Positions 19,899 to 26,261 of a DNA stretch of 26,261 bases are shown in pieces. The notes below the pieces were generated by a model. It was not told the origin of the DNA and did not search any database. It saw only the letters and a program-made list of their open reading frames with translations. How positions within the stretch are numbered: position 1 is the stretch's first letter; each line of letters opens with the position of its first letter. Source of the stretch: Candidatus Tenderia sp. (GTDB lineage Bacteria > Pseudomonadota > Gammaproteobacteria > Tenderiales > Tenderiaceae); the NCBI GenBank assembly GCA_031416075.1, contig JANOSY010000029.1:1-26261 (forward strand). The letters are read 5' to 3'. Both the position numbers and the translations under genes were made by a program.

Positions 19899-21665
19899 AT
19901 GAGTGGATGCCGAGTATTGGGTGTCATCGGCGCCCGTCTCAACTCCAGCCGCCTGCCCGGCAAACATCTGCTCGACCTGGCGGGCAAACCGCTCATCGCC
20001 CGCATTTTCGAACGGCTGGAACAGATTCCTGAACTCGATGCCATCGTGCTCGCCACCACCGCTGACGACTACAACAAACCACTGGCGCAGTGGGCAGAGC
20101 AGGCGGGTAAAGCGCTGTTTGCCTTTGCTGGTGATGTCAATGATGTGGTGGGGCGTGTGAATGCCATCGTCAAACAGTACCAACCGCAGATGGTGGTCTA
20201 TTTCTGCGGCGACTCGCCACTGATCGAACCACCCACTGTTTCACGTCTCATCAATGCACTGCTTGCCGCACCTGAAGCCGATGTCGTTGAGCTGCGCTCC
20301 AGCCGTGCAGAGCGACGTTTCATTCATGAAGGGTTTATGCCCTGGCCGATCAAAACATGGCAGCGGCTGGTGGCGCTGGCGACTGCGGCGAGTGAGCGTG
20401 AGCACGTTGGTGCTTCACTGAAAAAAGCGGGGCCATTAACGACGGTGAGTGTCGCTGATGATGAGGTCTACTCACGCGTCGAACAGCGCATCTCGGTTGA
20501 TACCCCCTCTGACTACCAGTTTATGGCAGAGATCTATCGGCGCTGGTATGCAAAGAATCCGCCACGCTCCATCGTCTCGTTACCCTGGGTGATTGAACAA
20601 CTGCTGGCCGACGAGTCGTTGTCTCTTATGAATCAGCAGGTACGACAGAAGGGTGTTAACGATCGATCAGCCAAGATTGTTCTGCTCACACATTGCGGTG
20701 AGTCGATTGGTCTGGGCCATCTGCGCCGTGCCATGGTATTGGCGCGGGCGTTACAGGATCACCACTCGGCTGCCGTTGAGTTGTTGATTGTGGGTGATGC
20801 AGTTGCGTTGGCTGGTCTGGAGCTGCTGCCACACCGCTTTATTGTTGCAAACGGTGGTAGTGATCAGTTGGCGCAACAGCTGATGAGATGCCACCCCGAG
20901 GCGGTGGTGATAGATGTGGCGGCTGACCGTTTGAATGTTGATCTGGGTGCGCTGTTGGCACCACTACGTCAGCAGCGGATTGCCACGGTAGCCGTTGATG
21001 GTCTGATTGAACAGCATGAGCTGCTCGATCTGATCTTCATCCCATCATTCTATCTCGCCCCCGAGCAGAGGGCGCTGGTAGGGCAGGAGAAAGTTTTATA
21101 TGGCTGGGATAATTACTTTTTTGATTCGGCATTACAGCCGTCTCCCTGGAGTGGTGGTAATAAAGTACTGGTGATGACAGGTGGTAGCGACCATTACGGT
21201 TTGGGCACGCTCTGGCCAACCATGCTTGATAATGCATTGCCGACAGACACGGTGATCACCTGGATAGCAGGGCCTTACGCCAACGCGCCTGAGGTGCCGG
21301 TGAATCCACGGCTGACATGGCATATTGAACACGCACCTGACAATCTGGCGCAGTTGATGGCACAGGCCGATTACGCACTGACGCCGTATGGCGTTACATT
21401 GTTTGAGTTGTTGAAGTTGGCTAAACCGGTGGTCGCCTATCACCCTGATAGTAGCCAGCAGTCCGAGATGGCAGCTTTTATCGCGGCAGATGTGGCGCGG
21501 TTGTCCATGACGCCGACGGATGCGGTGGCGGCACTGGTAACGTTGATGAGTGATGTTAAGGCCGCCAGGGAGTTGGTAAAAAATGCAACGCAAAGGATGG
21601 TCAATAGCAATGGCGGCATCAAACTGGCTGCCAGTGTGATGGGACTCGTGGAGCGCCAACAATGA
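19899..21665 (+). CDS. pseF-pseG: Fusion of an SpsF/PseF-type cytidylyltransferase and a PseG/SpsG-type UDP-sugar hydrolase
   Basis: N-terminal ARLNSSRLPGK, GDSPLI, EREHV and ISVDTPSD. C-terminal IGLGHLRR (PseG catalytic His motif), MTGGSD and GVTLFE. Start ATG 19899. Confidence 0.85.
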   Translation: MSGCRVLGVIGARLNSSRLPGKHLLDLAGKPLIARIFERLEQIPELDAIVLATTADDYNKPLAQWAEQAGKALFAFAGDVNDVVGRVNAIVKQYQPQMVVYFCGDSPLIEPPTVSRLINALLAAPEADVVELRSSRAERRFIHEGFMPWPIKTWQRLVALATAASEREHVGASLKKAGPLTTVSVADDEVYSRVEQRISVDTPSDYQFMAEIYRRWYAKNPPRSIVSLPWVIEQLLADESLSLMNQQVRQKGVNDRSAKIVLLTHCGESIGLGHLRRAMVLARALQDHHSAAVELLIVGDAVALAGLELLPHRFIVANGGSDQLAQQLMRCHPEAVVIDVAADRLNVDLGALLAPLRQQRIATVAVDGLIEQHELLDLIFIPSFYLAPEQRALVGQEKVLYGWDNYFFDSALQPSPWSGGNKVLVMTGGSDHYGLGTLWPTMLDNALPTDTVITWIAGPYANAPEVPVNPRLTWHIEHAPDNLAQLMAQADYALTPYGVTLFELLKLAKPVVAYHPDSSQQSEMAAFIAADVARLSMTPTDAVAALVTLMSDVKAARELVKNATQRMVNSNGGIKLAASVMGLVERQQ

Positions 21666-23626
21666 AACAGGCCTATACCATCTTTCATCTCAATCTGGCT
21701 TACTCATCCATTGCGGAAGGGCAGCGCGGTACGGTGATAGAGAAGTGTTATATGCCGCTGCTCGAATTGATAGAACAGCGTGATTTTAAGATTGGCATAG
21801 AACTGACTGGCTGGACGCTTCTGCAGATCAATACACTGCTACCAGAGTGGGTGACACGGTTCAGGACGGCCCTGGCAGCGGGGCGTACCGAGTTGATTGG
21901 TAGTGGATATTGTCAGATTATTGGACCGTTGATTCCGTTTGAGGTCAATCAGTGGAATCAGCGCATCGGTTTGAATATCTATGACAAGTTGCTGGGCGTT
22001 AAACCACGGTTGGCGCTGGTCAATGAGATGGCCTACTCGTCGGGCATGCTGGAGCTTTATCAGGATGCGGGCTATGAAGGCATCATCATGGATAGTGACA
22101 ATGTGACGCTGGCCCATGATTTCATCGCCAGCCAACAGCGCCTGCCCAGTTACGCCAGCGATCAGAGTGGGAGTATTAAGCTGCCCGTGCTCTGGTCTGA
22201 TTCAATTTTGTTCCAAAAATTACAGCGCTATTGCCACGGTGATATTCGTCAGGTCGATTATCTCGGTTATTTCGAGAAGCGACTGGCCAATAGTCGTGTG
22301 CCACTGGCGCTCTACTGCAACGATGCCGAGGTGTTTGATTATCGCCCCGGTCGTTATGATTCTGAATCGAAACTGCATCTCGAAGGTGAGTGGCAGCGCT
22401 TAGCGAATCTGTTTGATAAGCTTGTTAATGAATATGCTATTGAAATGGCACTGCCTTCGGTTGTGCTGAAGAAACATTTATCACAGAATGGTCTTGAGTC
22501 ACTCTGTCTGACATCAGCAACACAGCCGATCCCGGTTAAAAAACAGGCCAAGTACAACATCAGCCGCTGGGCCATCACCGGGCGCGACGACCTCTGGTTA
22601 AACACCATGTGTCAGCGCCTCTATCAATGTTTGAAAGGTGGTCAGGACCAGGCGCAATGGCGCAGGCTTTGTGAACTCTGGTCGAGTGATATCCGAACCC
22701 ACATTACCACTGAGCGTTGGTGTGCGGCGCAGCAGCAGGTGCGGCAGATATTGGCCGAACTTGGTGGCAGTAGTGATTTTGATGGTGGTGTGAAACAGCA
22801 GTTCCCTATTGCGAATATTGATCATGGTGTATGTGATGGTGTGGTTGTTGAACGTGACCCCGAGGGGATCATGTTAACGCTTGCTACGCCTGATATACGA
22901 CTCAGGGTGAATCTACGGCGGGGCATGGCGTTTGATTCACTCGCCTTCAGGAGTCATGGCTGGCAGCCGATTATTGGTACCCTGCCACACGGTTATTTTG
23001 ACTCTATTGAACTGGGTGCAGATTTTTACTCGGCCATTACCGTGATTGAAAAGGTGACACAACATCAACGCATCACCGATCTGGAAAAGGTCGAGCCAGT
23101 GATCACACATGATGAACACCACCTCTATCTGCGCGCCGTGCTTGTCACCAAGGATGGCGAGATCGTCAAACAGCTGCGTATTTCACGTCATGGTGAAACG
23201 GTTGGTTTTGGCATTGAGTTTCCTGGCTGGAAACGCCCCTATGGCACCGTGCGCACCGGTTATCTCACCTTTCTGCCCGAGGCCTTTTCCGGGCCTATGA
23301 AGGTGAGGACCCGCAACGGTGGCAAGATGGCGGAGTCTTTTGAACTCGACCGTGATGTACTGCATACCCAACCCGCCTCGACGCTGGTCTCTGCGACTAC
23401 CGGCCTGGGCGGGGAGAGCGGGTCAATCACCGTGACAGATGATACGGTTGGGGTGGTGATTGACTGGCAGCCATCGGCGTGTGCAGCGTTCCCGATGCTC
23501 TATCATCGCGAATGTTCACCCGCCGCGTTGACGCGGATCATCTTTTCACTGGCAGAGCTGGATGAGTCATTCCGTGATGGTGCGGAACTGCCCGGTTTCT
23601 GTTTTTCAATCAGGCCATCAAGGTAA
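21662..23626 (+). CDS. Glycoside hydrolase family 57-like protein
   Basis: GH57 barrel pattern: CYMPLL, ELTGWTL, ELIGSGYCQIIGPLIP, LLGVKP, NEMAY (Glu122), IIMD and NDAEVF (Asp221), then a beta-rich C-terminal domain. ATGA overlap with the upstream gene. Confidence 0.8.
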   Translation: MKQAYTIFHLNLAYSSIAEGQRGTVIEKCYMPLLELIEQRDFKIGIELTGWTLLQINTLLPEWVTRFRTALAAGRTELIGSGYCQIIGPLIPFEVNQWNQRIGLNIYDKLLGVKPRLALVNEMAYSSGMLELYQDAGYEGIIMDSDNVTLAHDFIASQQRLPSYASDQSGSIKLPVLWSDSILFQKLQRYCHGDIRQVDYLGYFEKRLANSRVPLALYCNDAEVFDYRPGRYDSESKLHLEGEWQRLANLFDKLVNEYAIEMALPSVVLKKHLSQNGLESLCLTSATQPIPVKKQAKYNISRWAITGRDDLWLNTMCQRLYQCLKGGQDQAQWRRLCELWSSDIRTHITTERWCAAQQQVRQILAELGGSSDFDGGVKQQFPIANIDHGVCDGVVVERDPEGIMLTLATPDIRLRVNLRRGMAFDSLAFRSHGWQPIIGTLPHGYFDSIELGADFYSAITVIEKVTQHQRITDLEKVEPVITHDEHHLYLRAVLVTKDGEIVKQLRISRHGETVGFGIEFPGWKRPYGTVRTGYLTFLPEAFSGPMKVRTRNGGKMAESFELDRDVLHTQPASTLVSATTGLGGESGSITVTDDTVGVVIDWQPSACAAFPMLYHRECSPAALTRIIFSLAELDESFRDGAELPGFCFSIRPSR

Positions 23627-23632
23627 CGGCAT

Positions 23633-24916
23633 ATGCAGAGCGATTTTTTGCAGGGAAATCTCAAACTCATCGAGCAACGCTGGCCGCTGTTGCATCAGTC
23701 GCTCATCACTCTTACAGCTCCTGAGCGGGCGCACTTCATCAGCGAGACCCAACAGCCGACGCTGCTGCTGGATGGTATTCATCTGAGTAGCTGTTTTGAC
23801 AGCCGGAGTGAGGCGCGTCTGCAAGCCACGATGGTTGCAGAGTCTGCCACAACCGTGTGGGTCTATGGTGTGGCAACGGGTGATCTGCAACGTGAGTTGT
23901 TGCAAAGGCAGTGGCTGCAACGGTTGGAGGTGGTAATACTGAGTCTGGAGCTATTCAAAAGTTGTCTCCGATATTTTGATCATAGTGACTGGTTGGCAGA
24001 TAACCGCAGCAGATTAACACTGGCTACGGCCACCACCGATGTTCGGGTGCCGTTTGCCGTGGTACCGGGATGTCTTAAACTTATAGAACCGGCCGCTGCC
24101 AGGGTGCGCGATCTTATCGTATTAGAGCTGGATACTGGTTATCTCAATAGTCGGGTGAGGGGCAATCGTCAGTTCCAGCAACAGATAGATGAAAACCTAC
24201 CACTGGTTAAACAGGATGGTGATGTTGAGACGCTTTTTGGGCGTCATCGTGATGGTTTCTGCTATGTGGCGGCGGCGGGGCCATCTTTGAGTGAACAGTA
24301 TGAACGGTTGCGCGGACGTGGTGCCGATACCTATCTGATTGCGGTTGATGCGGCGCTCAGGCCGCTGTTGCTGCAAGGTATCGTGCCCGATTTGGTGGTG
24401 ACCATCGACGGTGTGCGTGATCACATCATGAAACTTTTTGATGTTGATCTTGCGCCACTGAAAGATATTCCACTGATCTATTTTCCGATTGTGCATGGCG
24501 ATGTACTTAAACAGTGGCCCGGGCCGCGTTATGCCGCCTATTCTAACAGCCCGCTTTATGAACAGCTGCTGTTGCAATCCCCCAAGGGCATGCTTTACGC
24601 GTCTGGCACCGTGCTGCATGCGGCCGTCGATCTGGCGGTGAAGATGGGCAGTCAAAAGATCTGGCTAATGGGGGCTGATTTCTCATTTCCCGGTAACAGA
24701 ACCCATGTTGCCAGCGCCGTCTTCTGCCAGTCGGCCGGTCAAACCGGTTATCAGGAGTGGCTTGAGGATGGCCATGGCCAACCGGTGCCGACCTCAAAAA
24801 ATTTGCGTGGTTATATGCGTGATCTTGAACGCTACATCGCCCAACATCCACAGCTCATATTTATCAATGCCAGCCGCAGCGGCGCGGCAATTATGGGGGC
24901 ACATTATGCCGATTAA
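23633..24916 (+). CDS. maf: Motility-associated factor (Maf, DUF115/MptE-like) flagellin nonulosonate glycosyltransferase
   Basis: Motifs AAGPSL, IAVDAAL, GIVPDLVVTID, GTVLHAAVDLA and LMGADFSF...TH; located in a pse cluster next to flg genes. Confidence 0.88.
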   Translation: MQSDFLQGNLKLIEQRWPLLHQSLITLTAPERAHFISETQQPTLLLDGIHLSSCFDSRSEARLQATMVAESATTVWVYGVATGDLQRELLQRQWLQRLEVVILSLELFKSCLRYFDHSDWLADNRSRLTLATATTDVRVPFAVVPGCLKLIEPAAARVRDLIVLELDTGYLNSRVRGNRQFQQQIDENLPLVKQDGDVETLFGRHRDGFCYVAAAGPSLSEQYERLRGRGADTYLIAVDAALRPLLLQGIVPDLVVTIDGVRDHIMKLFDVDLAPLKDIPLIYFPIVHGDVLKQWPGPRYAAYSNSPLYEQLLLQSPKGMLYASGTVLHAAVDLAVKMGSQKIWLMGADFSFPGNRTHVASAVFCQSAGQTGYQEWLEDGHGQPVPTSKNLRGYMRDLERYIAQHPQLIFINASRSGAAIMGAHYAD

Positions 24917-24931
24917 AACTGAGGCACTCGC

Positions 24932-25195
24932 ATGAAAAAAAACCCGTGTGATATATACAGGATGGAGGCAGTTGAGGCGTTTCGTATTGGCATGGAAGGC
25001 AAGGGCAGTGACGCGATGATGCGGTTGATGGATTGCATGGCGCCGCTGCTGGAGAATAATGCTGCTCATCTGGGGGCAGACGAGGCGGCATTGCTGAATC
25101 TTATTGCTGATGCACAGCAGCGCGGCGATTACATCTTTGTGGCAGATCTGCTGGAATATATGGTTCCAGATAGCGCGCTTGGTTTGTCTGTTTGA
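24932..25195 (+). CDS. Small helical protein associated with Maf
   Basis: 87-aa ORF with GAGG RBS 15 bp after maf. C-terminal AQQRGDYIFVADLLEY resembles the helical-bundle motif recalled from Maf C-termini and small flagellar-glycosylation proteins. Confidence 0.75.
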   Translation: MKKNPCDIYRMEAVEAFRIGMEGKGSDAMMRLMDCMAPLLENNAAHLGADEAALLNLIADAQQRGDYIFVADLLEYMVPDSALGLSV

Positions 25196-25207
25196 ACTCT
25201 ATTTTAT

Positions 25208-25229
25208 TCGGTAGTGACTGGTTTTTTTT
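25208..25229 (+). terminator. Weak candidate intrinsic terminator between convergent genes
   Basis: TCGGT-AGTG-ACTGG (stem with G-U pairs) followed by T8, in the 43-bp gap between convergent stops. Confidence 0.3.
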
Positions 25230-25238
25230 CAGCAGAAG

Positions 25239-26261
25239 TTATTTCTGTTTCAGTATCTGAGTCAGTTTTTCGACAGCAGGATGGTTTGGGTCAGTATCCA
25301 TAATATGGCCAAGGGCGCTTTCGGCGGCCTCGCGGGCGCCAACGTCGGATAGCAGTATGCCGAGTTCAAGCATGGTATCAAGATCGCCAGGATACTCTTG
25401 CAGGTAATGGGTATAAGCCGCTATCGCTTCAGTTACCTCTCCTGTCAATGCCAGGAAGCGGGCATAAAAAGGTTGGTAATTCACTCGGCTTTCCGCGAGT
25501 AATTTTAATGCCGGCAGGATGGTCTGATAATCTTCATTGACCAATGAGAAATTGACAATACGTTCAAGTGCTATCTGTTTCAGGTCACTGTTGATCTCTG
25601 CATCTATAGAGTAATAGAGCGCTTCGGCCTGCTTGGGATTATGCTCCAACTCCGCAATGAGCCCATCTGTAAATAGTTTTGTCTGTATGGCCAGGGGTTC
25701 TGTGCGCTTTGATAGCCCCGTGGAGATACGCTTTAGTCCCATCACATCACCCTTGGCATGATAGGTAATGGAATTTTCGACAATTGAACCAAAGGTGTTG
25801 GCTGCAGAGATAAGATTCTTAAAGCCCTGTTCAAAATTTTCTTTATCTGCACTGAGCATAGCGTGAAATTGAGAGTGCATCGATTTGATACGCTCTTTTA
25901 CTTGGGGTGATGCGTTTTTGTAGGTTTCAGGGTGACGCTGTTTCCATATGTCAGCGCGGCCATAACCTATGTCCTGCTGCCATTGATTGAACAGCATCTC
26001 AAAATCGGGTGATGGGCGTTCCTCTTCAATGCGGCTGCGCAGGCGTTGCTTGGCATCATTAATGACCTCCAGAAGCAGGGTGGCGCCATGGAGAAACTCT
26101 TCATAATAGATTTTTGTTTTGTTGAAGAGTTCATCGGCCGACCAGTCATCACCGGAATCGGCAGTGATAATCTTTGCAAAACCGACAGAGTTGTAGCGCT
26201 TTACTGTTTTGCTCATCATTTTAAAACGGATTTCGAGTCGTCTCTCGATCTTCTCCATCTG
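25239..26261 (-). CDS. 3' part of a larger helical/TPR-containing protein, possibly the C-terminus of a long Maf/DUF115 protein; partial at the window edge
   Basis: The frame stays open to the window end (CAG precedes the ATG at 26258). TPR-like C-terminal repeats: YARFLALTGEVTEAIAAYTHYLQEYPGD and LGILLSDVGAREAAESALGHIMDTDPNH. The Maf assignment rests on context and recalled architecture only. Confidence 0.7.
   Translation of the reverse strand, partial: QMEKIERRLEIRFKMMSKTVKRYNSVGFAKIITADSGDDWSADELFNKTKIYYEEFLHGATLLLEVINDAKQRLRSRIEEERPSPDFEMLFNQWQQDIGYGRADIWKQRHPETYKNASPQVKERIKSMHSQFHAMLSADKENFEQGFKNLISAANTFGSIVENSITYHAKGDVMGLKRISTGLSKRTEPLAIQTKLFTDGLIAELEHNPKQAEALYYSIDAEINSDLKQIALERIVNFSLVNEDYQTILPALKLLAESRVNYQPFYARFLALTGEVTEAIAAYTHYLQEYPGDLDTMLELGILLSDVGAREAAESALGHIMDTDPNHPAVEKLTQILKQK

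Noticed and set aside
24935-24942. A8 tract just after the start of the 87-aa gene as a phase-variation switch
   Set aside because: It is short, encodes a common Lys-Lys-Asn start, and a downstream in-frame Met exists. No long poly-G/C tracts were seen in maf or the rest of the island.

Overview
Bacterial window, most likely from a polarly flagellated gammaproteobacterium (inferred from sigma54-driven flg genes). It has four parts. (1) 1-130: an internally deleted IS200/IS605-family element on the minus strand, with its end hairpins joined directly to the C-terminal half of a Y1 transposase. (2) 228-10565: an intact flgBCDE-flgFGHIJKL basal body/hook cluster, with two textbook sigma54 promoters and an intrinsic terminator after flgE. 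(3) 10873-25195: a tightly coupled, noticeably more GC-rich 12-gene flagellin glycosylation island. Its pseudaminic-acid-type core is pseB, pseC, a short PseI/NeuB lacking the SAF domain, a PseF-PseG fusion and a Maf transferase. No PseH acetyltransferase is visible. It instead carries six extra enzymes: SDR, Gfo/Idh/MocA oxidoreductase, C-methyltransferase-like protein, orphan ThDP carboligase, ATP-grasp ligase and a GH57-fold protein with both catalytic acids conserved. (4) 25239-end: the 3' part of a convergent TPR-containing gene. The best candidate for an undescribed system is the island, read as a pathway for a non-canonical, probably differently acylated, branched or epimerised nonulosonic-acid flagellar glycan. 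All family calls come from motif recognition by eye; no database searches were run.
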